64,000 nt of DNA from an uncultured Chloroflexia bacterium (GCA_963843335.1 CAWJKF010000006.1:164042-228041), one strand, 5' to 3'; positions 1-13,528 are shown, counted from the first letter of the stretch. Made by a program: numbers and translations. Notes: a model not told the origin generated them from the sequence alone.

Positions 1-179
1 CACGCTCCGCCCGCGATGGCCGCTCCCTCGACACGCTGGGTCACTACGACCCGCGCCAGGAGCCCGTCTCCATCCACGTGGATGCCGAGAAGGCCGCCAA
101 GTGGCTGAGCCAGGGCGCCCAGCCCTCGGAGACCGTCGCCCGGCTGTTCCGCAAGGTCGGCATCCTGCCGGCTCGCTAG
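1..179 (+). CDS. rpsP: 30S ribosomal protein S16, 3' part (5' end outside window)
   Basis: Frame from base 3 reads RSARDGRSLDTLGHYDPRQEP...KWLSQGAQPSETVARLF, typical of S16; TAG at 177-179; context khpA-rimM-trmD. Confidence 0.95.
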   Translation, partial: RSARDGRSLDTLGHYDPRQEPVSIHVDAEKAAKWLSQGAQPSETVARLFRKVGILPAR

Positions 180-189
180 GGATATCGAC

Positions 190-423
190 ATGTCCGCACC
201 CGATCTCGTCGCATACGTCGCTCGTGCGCTGGTGGATGATCCCGACGGTGTGACCGTCGAGGTCCACGAGGACGAGGGCACCCAGGTCATCGAGCTCCAC
301 GTGGCCGAGGACGACATGGGCAAGGTCATCGGCCGGAATGGCAGCGTCGCCAAGGCGATGCGCACTCTGCTCAAGGTCGTGGCGACGCGTGAAGGCGCGC
401 CCATCGCTCTGGAGATCGTCTGA
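190..423 (+). CDS. khpA: KH-domain RNA-binding protein KhpA
   Basis: DMGKVIGRNG KH motif, 77 aa, between rpsP and rimM. Confidence 0.93.
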   Translation: MSAPDLVAYVARALVDDPDGVTVEVHEDEGTQVIELHVAEDDMGKVIGRNGSVAKAMRTLLKVVATREGAPIALEIV

Positions 424-437
424 CCCGGTCCGGATCG

Positions 438-1155
438 GTGGAGCCCGACCCGGCGAGCGTGACGGTGGCTGAGGGCGCGCCGCATCGGCTGGTCGTGGGC
501 CTGGTCCGGGGCGTCCACGGGTTGCGTGGGGCGGTGCGACTCGAGGTCCTGACGGATGACCCCGGCCGGTTCGAGCCAGGTGCGCGCCTGTTCCAGGAAG
601 GGCATGACCAGCCGCTCATCGTGGACTGGTCGCAGAACGACGGCCCGGGCATCCTCATCCGCTTCCGGGAGCTGCCCGACCGCGAGTCCGCGGAGGTCCT
701 CCGTGACGCATATCTCGAGGCGCTGGTCGCGCCCGACGCACGGCCCGACGGCAGCTGGTACTGGCACGAGGTCATCGGGACCCCGGTGACCACCTCCGCG
801 GGTGAGGACCTGGGTGCCGTGACGGACATCTTCCGTACCGGCGGCTGGGAGGTGTTCGTGGTGGAGGGACCCCGGGGCGAGGTGCTCGTGCCCGCGGTCG
901 GCGCACTCATGGTCGAGTTCGCGCCACTCGATGGGCGCATCGTCGTGGATGCGGACGCGCTGGCGCTCGATGAGTCCGAGCCACGATCCACGGGTACGTG
1001 GCCGGCGCACGACGCGTGCCCGCAAGGCTCGCGAGCAGGGCATCGCCGCCGATGGTGGTGCCCCGACCGACGGTCCGGGCGCCGAGGTGTCCGTCGCCGC
1101 ACCCGATGACGCGTCGTCATCCCCGGCCGGTGAGGTCGACCCAGCAGCGACGTGA
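438..1155 (+). CDS. rimM: Ribosome maturation factor RimM (frameshift near C-terminus)
   Basis: VG.VRGVHGLRG, WYWHEVIG, EVLVPAV motifs; low-complexity tail continues in another frame to TGA 1155. Confidence 0.9.
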
Positions 1156-1836
1156 CGCTGCGCATCGACGTCATCACGCTCTTCCCGGGGCTCTTCCCGG
1201 GACCGCTCGCGGAGAGCATCCCCGGCCGGGCGCTGGCCTCGGGCGCAGCCGTCGTCCAGGCACACGACCTGCGCACATGGGGCCTGGGACGCCATCGGAG
1301 CGTCGACGACTATCCCTACGGTGGTGGTGCGGGGATGCTCCTGCGACCCGAGCCGGTCGCGGCAGGCGCTCGACGCCATCGCTCCGGTCGGCGCGTCGGC
1401 CGTGCGCATCCTGCTCGACCCGGGGGGCCATCGGTTCGACCAGGCCCGTGCCATCGAGCTGGCGACATCGGCGCATCTGGTGCTCGTCTGTCCGCGCTAC
1501 GAGGGTATCGATGACCGGGTGCGCGCGTTGGTCGACCTCGAGCTGTCCATCGGCGACTACGTCCTGTCGGGTGGCGAGATCCCGGCGCTGGTCATCATCG
1601 ATGCCGTCCTGCGGCTGCTGCCCGGGGTCATCGACGATGCATCGCCCGCCGACGAGTCGTTCTCGACGGGGCTGCTGGAGTACCCCCAGTTCACCCGGCC
1701 AGCCGAGTTCCGGGGCATGGGCGTGCCGGACGTGCTCCTCAGTGGCCACCACGCCGAGGTCGAGCGCTGGCGTCGTGCGCAGGCCGTGGAGCGCACCCGC
1801 CGCATCCGGCCGGACCTGTTGCCGCCAGAGGCCTGA
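1152..1836 (+). CDS. trmD: tRNA (guanine-N1)-methyltransferase, frameshifted near 1365
   Basis: [12 protein letters not shown] in the first frame; [29 protein letters not shown] in the second. Confidence 0.95.
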
Positions 1837-1845
1837 TATACTCCG
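1834..1845 (+). promoter_or_regulatory. Extended -10 promoter upstream of rplS (TGaTATACTCCG)
   Basis: TGn + TATACT; same 12-mer pattern upstream of rpsB, nusA and rpsO. Confidence 0.6.
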
Positions 1846-1925
1846 CGACCGACCCACCGGAGCCGCGGCCCGGGCGTGCGTGCGCGCCGCCACACAGGCC
1901 CCCAGCGAGCGAGAGAAGACCCGAC

Positions 1926-2270
1926 ATGACCGTTCTCGACGACATCGTCGCCGACCAGATCCGCACTGACCTGCCGCAGCTGGCATCGGGCGACACCGTG
2001 CGCGTGTCGGCCAAGGTCGTCGAGGGCACCCGCGAGCGCATCCAGGTGTTCGAGGGCACCGTCATGCGCCTGCGCGGCGGTGGCATCACCCGCTCCATCA
2101 CCGTGCGCGCGCTGCGCAGCGGCGTCGGCGTCGAGCGGACCTTCAAGGTCAACTCGCCGCGCATCGACAAGATCGAGGTCGTGCGTCACGGTGTGGCCCG
2201 TCGCGCCCAGCTGTACTTCCTGCGCAAGCGCGTGGGCAAGGCCGCCTCGCTCCGCGAGCGCCGCGACTAG
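1926..2270 (+). CDS. rplS: 50S ribosomal protein L19
   Basis: [37 protein letters not shown]. Confidence 0.97.
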   Translation: MTVLDDIVADQIRTDLPQLASGDTVRVSAKVVEGTRERIQVFEGTVMRLRGGGITRSITVRALRSGVGVERTFKVNSPRIDKIEVVRHGVARRAQLYFLRKRVGKAASLRERRD

Positions 2271-2279
2271 TCGCATGCC

Positions 2280-3032
2280 GTGCCTGGCCGCCTGCCGGGC
2301 ACCCCTGTCGTCGGTCGGTCGCGTCAGGGTCTGAGCGTGGGCGTGCGACATCCCGATCTGCGCGCCGAATGGCGTCTCTGGCAGGACGGTCGTCGGCTCG
2401 TCGTGGGCGTCGATGAGGTGGGCACCGGTGCCCTGTGCGCGCCCGTGGTCGCCGCCGCCGTGCTCGTCCGGCCGAACACCCGCAAGATCGCGGGTGTCCG
2501 CGATTCCAAGACGCTCTCCCTGCGCCAGCGCGAGATGCTCGTGAGCGAGATCCAGCGCCGCAGCCTCGCATGGGGGGTTGGCGCGGCCTCGGTCGCGGAG
2601 ATCGAACGCCTCAACATCTATCACGCGTCGCACCTCGCGATGCGCCGCGCGCTCCGGCGGATCGGTCCCTATGACCACGTCCTCGTCGACGGCAGGAAGA
2701 TCGTCGGCTTCGAGGGCCAGGTCGGTCCCTACACCTCGATCGTGGACGGCGATGCGTCGTCCTACGCCATCGCCTGCGCATCGATCGTGGCCAAGGTGAC
2801 CCGCGACCGGTTGATGCGTCTCCTCGCGGTCCGATATCCGGGCTACGGCTGGGAGCGCAATGCCGGGTATGCCACCCGCGACCATGTCGATGGGCTGCGG
2901 ACCCTGGGCCTGACACCGTTCCATCGGCGCACCTACCAGCGCATCCGCCAGATCCTGGAAGGCGAGCAGTTGGCGATGGACCTCGACGACGTGTCCGATG
3001 CCCTCGTGGCGGAGCTCCCCACGGCCACGTAA
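2280..3032 (+). CDS. rnhB: Ribonuclease HII (start may be downstream, ~2337)
   Basis: GVDEVG, RDSK.LS, VLVDG, IACASIVAKVTRD, GYAT..H, HRRTY. Confidence 0.95.
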   Translation: MPGRLPGTPVVGRSRQGLSVGVRHPDLRAEWRLWQDGRRLVVGVDEVGTGALCAPVVAAAVLVRPNTRKIAGVRDSKTLSLRQREMLVSEIQRRSLAWGVGAASVAEIERLNIYHASHLAMRRALRRIGPYDHVLVDGRKIVGFEGQVGPYTSIVDGDASSYAIACASIVAKVTRDRLMRLLAVRYPGYGWERNAGYATRDHVDGLRTLGLTPFHRRTYQRIRQILEGEQLAMDLDDVSDALVAELPTAT

Positions 3033-3066
3033 GTGCCGCGAAAGGACCGCTCGGTACGCTCGCGGG

Positions 3067-3492
3067 ATGAGCCCGGCGCCAGACCCACGTACGCGCCGTG
3101 GTCGGGCGGGGCGGGACGCGGAAGTCGTCGCGCGACGATGGCTCGAGGGGCACGAGTGGACGATCCTGGCCACCAATCTCATCGTCGAGCGCGACGAGAT
3201 CGACCTCGTATGCCTCGAGCCCGGGCGGCCGGCGACCCTCGTGTTCGTGGAGGTCCGCGGCCACACCAGCAGCCGGTTCGGCGCGGCCGAGGAGTCGATC
3301 GATGGGCGCAAGCTGAGCCGCAACTACCGCGCCGCACTGGCCGTCGTCAGGTCGGGCTGGCCGCAACGCCAGGGCTTGCAGGCGGGCATCGCATGGCGCG
3401 TCGATGTGGTTGCCGTGGAGCTGGTACCGAGGTTGGCACGAGCCGCAGGTGGGCCGTCGATCCGGCACATCCGCGGGGCAACGCTCGACTGA
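3067..3492 (+). CDS. yraN: YraN family (UPF0102) putative endonuclease
   Basis: EIDLV...LVFVEVR, FGAAEESID, WRVDVVAV, IRHIRGA; follows rnhB. Confidence 0.88.
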   Translation: MSPAPDPRTRRGRAGRDAEVVARRWLEGHEWTILATNLIVERDEIDLVCLEPGRPATLVFVEVRGHTSSRFGAAEESIDGRKLSRNYRAALAVVRSGWPQRQGLQAGIAWRVDVVAVELVPRLARAAGGPSIRHIRGATLD

Positions 3493-3880
3493 CGCCGGCC
3501 AGCGGTCGGGGCGCGGGTCGCGACCTGGGTGGCGATCTCGATCGGCTCTCGTCGTGTGTCGGGTGTCGCGTGTCGTCGCAGGCAGGGCACTCCGGCGGCC
3601 GTCGTCGGGTCCCGCGACGGCCGGCATCCGATGGGCGTGGCACGCCGCGTCGAACCCGGTTCGTCGTGTGTCGGTGTCGTCGCGAGGCAGGGCGCCCGGC
3701 GAACGGATCTTCGCCATCAGCGAACGTCTCGGCGGCCGATGTGGCGCTGGGCCGGTGCTCGCCGGCCTCGCATCGACATCTCTTCACGGCACCCGGCAGA
3801 TGTGTGCTCCTGGATGGCCCATGGGCACACCCATCGTGACGATGACGGCCATCTCGTTCGCTGATCGCGCAAAGATCGCG

Positions 3881-3988
3881 GGCAGCCTCGGCGGCAGTGG
3901 CAGCCTCGGCCGGCAGGGCAGCCTCGGCCGCCAGGGCAGCGCCGGCCGCCAGGGCAGCGCCGGCCGCCAGGGCAGCCTCGGCCACCCG
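3881..3988. repeat. Six tandem copies of an 18 bp unit GGCAGC(CTC/GCC)GGCCG(C/G)CAG
   Basis: Units start at 3881, 3899, 3917, 3935, 3953 and 3971; first and last are degenerate. Confidence 0.9.
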
Positions 3989-4106
3989 TCCTCCATGGTC
4001 ATCGTCACGGTCTCCCTCATGCTTGGAGAGTGACAACGTCACTGATCAGTCGGCACTGACGGATCCACTGACCAAGGACAGGGCGGGATGCCGCGGACGA
4101 GGCTCG

Positions 4107-4118
4107 TGCTAGACTCCG
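4107..4118 (+). promoter_or_regulatory. Extended -10 promoter of rpsB-tsf (TGcTAGACTCCG)
   Basis: TGn + TAGACT just upstream of the S2 leader. Confidence 0.6.
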
Positions 4119-4162
4119 TCGGCCCAACCGGGCAACCGAGCGCGCCCTTCGGGCGTGCATCT

Positions 4163-4250
4163 CACACGCGAGCCGCTCCCCGCGGTGGTGCCGCACGGCA
4201 GCAGATGCCGTTCGGTCCGTGGGTCCGGAAGCTCGCGGAGGTCCAACCGC
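4163..4250 (+). ncRNA. S2 (rpsB) leader cis-regulatory RNA
   Basis: CACACGCGAGC...GGTGCC...GCTCGCGGAGGTCCAACC: outer stem CGCGAGC/GCTCGCG plus CACAC, GGTGCC and GGAGG..AACC elements characteristic of rpsB leaders. Confidence 0.7.
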
Positions 4251-4267
4251 GTAGGAGGTTCCGCACC

Positions 4268-5146
4268 ATGCCGTCCGTCTCGATGCGCCAGCTGCTGGAG
4301 GCCGGTGTCCACTTCGGACACCAGACCCGCCGCTGGAATCCCAAGATGAAGCCGTACATCTTCGCGGAGCGCAACGGCATCCACATCATCGACCTGGCGC
4401 AGACCGTCCAGCGCCTGGACGCCGCCCTGGAGTTCGTCACGGACACCGTCGCCGGTGGTGACACGATCCTGTTCGTGGGCACCAAGAAGCAGGCCCAGGA
4501 GCCCGTCGCGGAAGAGGCGGCACGCGCCGAGATGCCCTACGTCAACCAGCGCTGGCTGGGCGGCATGCTCACGAACTTCGTGACCATCCGCAAGCGGCTC
4601 GGACTGCTCGACCAGATGGAGGCCCGCCAGGCGAACGGTGAGTTCGACCGGCTGACCAAGAAGGAAGCCTCCAAGCTCACGGACGAGATGGCCCGCCTGC
4701 AGCGCACCCTGGGCGGCATGCGCAAGATGCGCCGCCTGCCGGGCGCCCTGTTCGTGGTCGACCCGCACCGCGAGCACATCGCCGTGACCGAGGCACGCAA
4801 GCTGGAGATCCCGGTCATCGGCACCGGCGATACCAACGTCGACCCGGACCAGCTCGACTTCATCATCCCCGCCAACGACGACGCCATCCGGGCCATCCGG
4901 CTGCTGTGCCGGGTCATCGCGGATGCGGCCATCGAGGGCGCCGGATCCCGCGCGGCACGGGCCGCCGAGCAGCCGGCCATGACGGCCGAGGTCGCGGAGG
5001 CGGAAGAGGCCAGCGACGAGCTGGTGGCGGCGCTCGCCGCTGGGGGCACGTTCAGCTTCACGCCCGATCCGGAGGAGGAGGACCTCCTGCCCGGCGGTCC
5101 CGAGGCCACGGAGCCCGCTCTGGTAGACGAGACAGCCGCACGCTGA
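4268..5146 (+). CDS. rpsB: 30S ribosomal protein S2
   Basis: [38 protein letters not shown]; SD AGGAGG. Confidence 0.98.
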   Translation: MPSVSMRQLLEAGVHFGHQTRRWNPKMKPYIFAERNGIHIIDLAQTVQRLDAALEFVTDTVAGGDTILFVGTKKQAQEPVAEEAARAEMPYVNQRWLGGMLTNFVTIRKRLGLLDQMEARQANGEFDRLTKKEASKLTDEMARLQRTLGGMRKMRRLPGALFVVDPHREHIAVTEARKLEIPVIGTGDTNVDPDQLDFIIPANDDAIRAIRLLCRVIADAAIEGAGSRAARAAEQPAMTAEVAEAEEASDELVAALAAGGTFSFTPDPEEEDLLPGGPEATEPALVDETAAR

Positions 5147-5228
5147 CCCCCGCCCGGGCGGCCGCGGCAGGCGCGTCGCCCGGCAGCGACAGGCAGGGTG
5201 CACCACGTACGAAGGAATCCACGCACAG

Positions 5229-5837
<609 letters not shown>

Positions 5838-5838
<1 letters not shown>

Positions 5839-6611
5839 TGCAGACCCCGACGCCGGCGACCGAGTGGCGTCGGTGACCGGTGACGCCGCGCTATCACCGG
5901 GTGCTGCTCAAGGTCTCCGGGTGAGGCGCTGCTCGGCAGCCGCACCGTACGGCGTCGACCCGCAGGTGTGCCAGTTCATCGCCCACCAGGTGCACCAGGC
6001 GCAGGACGCCGGCGTCGAGGTCGCCATCGTCGTCGGTGGCGGCAACATCTTCCGGGGCCTCGCCGCGGCCGCCAAGGGCATGGAGCGTGCCACCGGCGAC
6101 TACATGGGCATGCTGGCGACGGTCATGAACGGCCTCGCCCTGCAGGACGCGCTGGAGAAGGAAGGCGTGCCCACCCGGGTCATGTCGGCCATCGGCATGA
6201 ACGAGGTCGCGGAGCCGTACATCCGGCGACGCGCCATGCGCCACCTCGAGAAGGGCCGGGTCGTCATCCTCGCCGCCGGCACCGGCAACCCCTACTTCAC
6301 GACGGACACCGCGGCCGCGCTGCGGGCGGTGGAGATCGGCGCCCAGGTGCTGCTCAAGGGCACCAAGGTGGACGGCGTCTACACCGCGGATCCCGAAGCT
6401 CGAGCCGGACGCCGAGCGCCACGACGATCATCACCTACGCCCAGGTGCTCGCCGACCGCCTCAACGTGCTCGACTGCCACAGCGGTCAGCCTGTGCATGG
6501 AGAATGACCTGCCCATCGTCGTGTTCGACATGAACCAGCCCGACAACATCCGCCGAGCGGCGATCGGCGAACCCATCGGCACGCTCATCCACGGAGGACA
6601 GGCCCGCATGA
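5838..6611 (+). CDS. pyrH: UMP kinase (several indels; 3' end approximate)
   Basis: [45 protein letters not shown]. Confidence 0.93.
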
Positions 6612-7165
6612 CCGACACCGACCCGGAGCCCCTCGAGGCGCGCATGGAGCGCGCCGTGGAGGCCATGGAGCGCGACTTCGCGACCGTCCGCACCGGACGT
6701 GCCGCCACCTCGCTCGTGGAGCGCATCCAGGTCGAGTACTACGGCACGATGACGCCGCTCAACCAGCTGGCGAGCATCAGCGTGCCGGAGCCGCACCAGA
6801 TCGTCATCCAGCCCTGGGACCGGGGCGTGCTGGGCGCCATCGACAAGGCCATCCAGCGCAGCGACATCGGGCTCATGCCCAACGTCGACGGCACGGTCGT
6901 GCGGCTCAACATCCCGCCGCTCACCGAGGAGCGTCGCAAGGACCTCGCGAAGGTCGTCCACAAGCGGGCCGAGGAGGCCCGGGTGGAGATCCGCAACCAT
7001 CGCCGTGACGGCACCGACGAGCTGCGCAAGCAGGAGAAGGACGGCGCGATCGGTGCCGACGAGGCGCGTCGCGAGCAGGACCGCATCGAGAAGCTGACCC
7101 ACCACTGGACCGACCAGGTCGACCGCGTCGCCAAGGCCAAGGAGCAGGAGATCATGGAGGTCTGA
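6608..7165 (+). CDS. frr: Ribosome recycling factor
   Basis: [37 protein letters not shown]. Confidence 0.96.
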   Translation: MTDTDPEPLEARMERAVEAMERDFATVRTGRAATSLVERIQVEYYGTMTPLNQLASISVPEPHQIVIQPWDRGVLGAIDKAIQRSDIGLMPNVDGTVVRLNIPPLTEERRKDLAKVVHKRAEEARVEIRNHRRDGTDELRKQEKDGAIGADEARREQDRIEKLTHHWTDQVDRVAKAKEQEIMEV

Positions 7166-7934
7166 TGGCCTCCGTCCCTGGCATCGTGGCCTCCGGTCCC
7201 GCAGCCCCAGCGGGGCGAGCCGCTGGCCGCCGAGCCGAGCGTCGATCGGCCGCCCCGGCACGTGGCGATCATCATGGATGGCAACCGCCGCTGGGCGCGC
7301 GAGCGGGGCGTGCCCGAGACCCAGGGTCACGCGGCGGGCGTGGAGGCGGTCCGGCCCATCGTCGAGCGTGCCCAGCAGCGGGGCGTCGAGGTGCTCTCGA
7401 TCTACGCCTTCAGCCGCGAGAACTGGGCGCGTGCGCAGCGAGGAGGTCGAGATGCTGTTCTCGCTCCTGGACGCCGCCATCCGTGACTACACGCCGCGAC
7501 CTGGTGCAGCAGGGTGTGCGGGTCCGGCTCCTGGGACGGATGTCGGAGCTGCCCGGACCGACCCGCGCGTCGATCGAGGAGGCCCTCGCCCAGACCGCGG
7601 CGGGCACGCGGATGACCCTCAACGTCGCGTTCAACTACTCCGGTCGCTCGGAGATCGTGGACGCGGTCCGGCGCTGCATGCGATGACGGCATCGACCGCT
7701 GACGCGGTCGACGAAGGCGACCATCGAGGCGTCGCCTCTATACCGCGGACCTGCCCGAGGTCGGACCTGCTCATCCGGACCGGCGGCGACCAGCGGATCA
7801 GCAACTTCCTGCTGTGGCAGGCCGCCTACGCCGAGCTCTACTTCTGCGACCGGTACTGGCCCGACTTCGATCCCGACGCGTTCGACGAGGCGCTCGCCGA
7901 GTACACCCGGCGCTCGCGCCGCTTCGGCCGCTAG
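7165..7934 (+). CDS. uppS: Polyprenyl (undecaprenyl) diphosphate synthase, frameshifted
   Basis: [56 protein letters not shown]. Confidence 0.93.
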
Positions 7935-7948
7935 GGCCGACCACCGCC

Positions 7949-8796
7949 GTGCAGCAACGCCTCATCAGCGCCGCGGTCATGGTGCCCATCGTGCTCGTGG
8001 TGTTCCTGCTCGGCCAGCCCTGGCTGACCCTGGGCCTGGCCATCGTGGCCGGGCTCGCGGCGATGGAGGCGGCCCGGCTGCTGGTCGCGGCCGGCCTGCC
8101 CGTGGAACGGCTGCTCGTCATCGCATCGCCTCCCATCGCGGTGCTGGGCATGGGCTGGGGTGGCGCCCCCGAAGGTGCCGCGATCACGCTCGTGGCAGCG
8201 GTGATCGTCGTCGCCGGCATGGCCGCGTTCCGGGAGCCGGACGTGCGCGAGGGCTTCCTCGCCTGGGCCGGCACCTCGTTCGGGGCGCTCTACCTGTCGC
8301 TGCTCGCGTTCGCGGCGGGCATCCTCGCGGTCGCGCCCGCCATCCCCGACGGCCGCCCCGCTCCACGGCGTCCTGAGCGCCGGCCAGATCTGGCTGCTGG
8401 TGCTGCTGCTGACCGTGTGGTGCTTCGACACCTTCGCGTATCTCTCGGGGCGCACCTTCAAGCGGGGCCACTTCCTCAACCACATCTCGCCCAACAAGAC
8501 CTGGAGCGGCGTCATCGGGGGCACGGTCGCGGCCATCATCGTGGGCGGGCTGCTGGTCTGGGCGGCCGGCGGCGGACCGGTCGGCGGGCTGCTGCTGGGC
8601 TTCGTCATCGCGGTCACCGCGCAGTCCGGGTGACGTGGCGGAGTCGATGCTCAAGCGCACCGCGGGCGCCAAGGACTCCGGCACGCTCATCCCGGGCCAT
8701 GGCGGGGTGCTCGATCGCATCGACTCGTTCCTGTTCGCGGCACCCGCGGTCTTCGGCTACCTGGTCATCGTCGGCCACATCGGGACGACCATCTAG
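7949..8796 (+). CDS. cdsA: Phosphatidate cytidylyltransferase, frameshifted
   Basis: Hydrophobic protein; [41 protein letters not shown]. Confidence 0.93.
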
Positions 8797-10044
8797 GTGG
8801 TGACCCCGAGCGACCCGACCCGCGGCCCGGTCCGGGTGGCGCTGCTGGGGTCCACCGGCTCCATCGGCCGCCAGACGCTGGACGTGCTGCTGACGCGCAG
8901 GTCCGGACGTGTTCCAGGTCGTGGCCATGGCGGCCGGTCGCGACTGGGAGACGTTCGCAGGGCAGCTCGCAGGCCTGCCGGCCGCTGGTCGCGTCGCTTG
9001 CCGACCCGTCTGCCCTGGCCCGCATCGAGGCCCCGCCAGGCGTCGCCGTCGACCGTGACCCGGATGTCCTGGAGCGGTACGCGACGCGCGACGACGTGGA
9101 CATGGTCATCGTGGCCACGGGCGGCATCGTCAGCCTGCGGCCGGTGCTCGCCGCGCTGCGCGCGGGCAAGGTCGTCGCCACGGCCAACAAGGAGACGCTC
9201 GTCGCCGGCGGCCACCTCGTCATGCCCCTGGCCAAGGCGCTGGCCGCTGCCCGCGCTGCCACGGACGCGGCCGATCCGATGGCCAGCCCGCTCGCCTGGG
9301 TGCGACCCATCGACTCCGAGCACTCGGCGCTCTGGCAGTCGCTGGCCGGCGAGCAGATGTCCTCCGTGGCGCAGGCTGCTGCTGACCGCATCGGGTGGGC
9401 CATTCCGGGACTGGAGCGCGGCAGCGGCTGGAGACGGCCACCCCGTCGGATGCCCTGGCGCACCCGACCTGGACCATGGGCGCCAAGATCACCATCGACT
9501 CCGCCACGCTCATGAACAAGGGCCTGGAGGTCATCGAGGCACGCTGGCTGTACGATGTCCCCTACGAGCGGATCGACGTGCTCATCCACCCACAAAGCCT
9601 GGTCCACTCGCTCGTCGAGTTCATCGACGGCTCCCTCAAGGCTCAGCTCGGACTCCCTGACATGCGCATCCCCATCCAGTACGCCCTGACGTGGCCCCGA
9701 CGCATCGTCGGGGCCCGCGCCGCGGCTCGACCTCGTGGCCCATCCGCGGATGGACTTCGCCGCGCCGGACGAGCCCGCTTCCCGTCGCTCGCCATCGCGC
9801 GCGCCGCCGGTCGTGCCGGGTCACGGGCGACCACCGCGCTCATCAGCGCGGACGAGGTCGCCGTGGAGCGCTTCCTCGAAGGGTCGCTGACGTTCCCGGG
9901 CATCGCCCGCCTCGCCGACGGCGCCGTGGAGCGGTTCGGCGATGGCGCAGAGCCGGACATCGACGGACCTCCTCGACACTCGACCGCCAGGTGCGCGACT
10001 GGGCGCGCAGCACCGACCGGGATGGACGGGTGGCCACGGCGTGA
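8797..10044 (+). CDS. dxr: 1-deoxy-D-xylulose 5-phosphate reductoisomerase, frameshifted
   Basis: [55 protein letters not shown]. Confidence 0.95.
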
Positions 10045-11161
10045 TCTTCGACGGCCTCATCAACATCGTGCTGCTGCTCGTCATCCTCGTCGCGCTCGTG
10101 GTCATCCACGAGTTCGGCCACTTCGCGATGGCGCGCGCGGCAGGCGTCCGGGTCCACGAGTTCGGCGTCGGCTTCCCGCCGCGGGCGCGCATCCTGCATC
10201 GCGGCAAGGACACCGTCTACACCCTCAATTGGCTGCCCATCGGCGGCTTCGTGCGCCTGGAAGGGGAGGAGGGCGAGTCGGAGGACCCGCGCGCCTTCGT
10301 CAACCAGCGGCTGCGGACCCGGGTCGATCATCCTGCTCGCCGGCGTGGCCATGAACTTCCTGCTGGCGTGGCTCATCTTCTCGCTCATCGCGGGCCTCGC
10401 CGATCCGGTCGCGAACATCCGCGTCAGCAGCGTCCAGCCGGACTCGCCGGCCGCGACCGCCGGGCTCGTGGGCGGCGTCCAGATCTCGACCAACCCGGAC
10501 GGCACGCCGGTCTACGACACCTCCGGCGACCTCATCATCGCCATCGATGGCCAGCGATTCCCGGTGTTCGCGGGACCTGACGGAGAACCCGCCGCTGGCC
10601 TACCTCCGGGCGCATGCGGGCCAGGCCGTGATCCTCACGGTGCGCCACCTCGACGGCACGGTCACGGACGTGCCGGTCACCCTGCGGCCACCCGCCGATG
10701 TCACCAAGGGCGTCCTCGGCATCGGCATCCAGGGCGCCATCCCCACCGAGGACATCCAGCGTGGCCCGATCGATGCCTTGGCCATCGGCTTCCAGCGCAC
10801 CATCGACGCCTCCACGCTCATCCTGCGTGGCCTCCAGGACCTGGTGCGCAACCTCGCGAACCCACCGGTGCAGGGACCCGTGGGCATGGTCGACACGGTC
10901 GGCTCGTTCCGGACCCAGCTGCCGCCCGGTCTACCTGTTCTGGCTCATCGGGGTGCTGTCGGCGAACCTCGCGGTCGTCAACTCGCTGCCGTTGCCGCCG
11001 CTCGACGGTGGCCGGGTGCTGATGGCGGTCCTTGGCCGCTTCTTCGGCGGCGCATCACGCCCAAGCTGGAGCGCAACGTCTACCTCGCGGGCTGGGTGGG
11101 GCTGATGGCGTTCCTGGCCTGGATCACCCTGTTCGATGTGCGCCGGCTCGTTGGCGGCTGA
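10041..11161 (+). CDS. rseP: RIP (site-2) zinc metalloprotease with PDZ domain, frameshifted
   Basis: [23 protein letters not shown]. Confidence 0.92.
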
Positions 11162-11174
11162 GCTCGTCGACCCG

Positions 11175-12401
<1,227 letters not shown>

Positions 12402-12402
<1 letters not shown>

Positions 12403-13528
12403 TGGACCTGCCGCGTCCGAGCCGGACCGGAACCCGCAGCCGGCTCCCCGTCCGAACCTGCGGGAGCGGGTCGAAGGCCATCCGCTGGGGTTCATCGTCG
12501 GCGTGGCGCTCGCCGCCGTGACCGCGACCATCACCATCCTCGTGCCCCTGCTCCAGGTGACCCAGGACAACCGGGTATCGGCGGTCCAGAGCCAGATGGA
12601 GCAGGACCGGACGAAGCAGACGGCTGCCATCGCGGACCTCCAGGCGCAGCTCGACGACCTCGAGCGAAGCTCGAAGCAGCAGCTGGCGGACGAGCAGGCG
12701 CGCAGCCAGGCGCGTATCGACGAGCTGGACCGAAGCCTCTCGAGCATCAAGCGATCCCTGGGCACCGATACCCAGTACTTCGACGTGGGCAAGCTGGTGG
12801 TCAGCGCGGACCAGGCGGCGGCGTTGCCGGCGACCTCGATGTTCTTCCCCGACGACCGGTTCTACGCCCTCGATGTCGCGCAGTCCACAGGCTGGACATA
12901 TGCGCTCTCGTCCGAGCTCCAGCTGACCGCCGATGCCTTGGGCGTGACCGAGGAGCAGCTGCGGGCGAACAGCACCCCGACCCAGGTCCAGGCGATGACA
13001 GGCTTCCCGGTCCACGTCTGGCGATACGGGCCCGATCGATCCCTGACCTACACCGAGCCATCCGACGGCAAGCCGTATGTGTTCCACCCCCGGACCCAGG
13101 CGTGGGTCCAGCGGGTGAGCCAGGACGAGTACCTCTCGGTCCTGGAGCGGAGCCTGCCCAGCCCGCTGCCGAGCGGCGCGACCCTGGCCCAGTCGGTCCA
13201 CGACGGGTTCGCGGGCGACCCGGCGGGCTGGGTCCTCCAGGACCAGCTCATCTCGGAGATCGCGACCGTCGGCAGCCTTCGGCCGCGCATCGACTCGCTC
13301 CAGAAGCGGGACGACCTGGCGTATGCCAGGGTCGAGACCGTGCTGCCGGGGGTGCAGGTCGGTGACCAGCACTTCGCCGAGTACTACTGGGACCGGGAGT
13401 GGTTCATCGTGCGCACTGACCAGGACCTCTACCTGGTGAAGCTGTTCGTCGCCGACGATGACCACCGCGCGGCCGACTACGGTGCCCTGAGCACCTGGCT
13501 GGACCAGCTGCGCATCCTGGGGTCCTGA
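12402..13528 (+). CDS. Hypothetical single-pass membrane protein with coiled coil (start inferred across an indel)
   Basis: Long GC3-rich frame; TM segment GFIVGVALAAVTATITILVPLL, then heptad-like QAQLDDLERSSKQQLADEQ...; ATG overlaps ispG stop in another frame. Confidence 0.7.

Noticed and set aside
3881-3988. CRISPR array or RiPP cluster
   Set aside because: Repeats are contiguous with no spacers; no cas genes or RiPP maturases in the window
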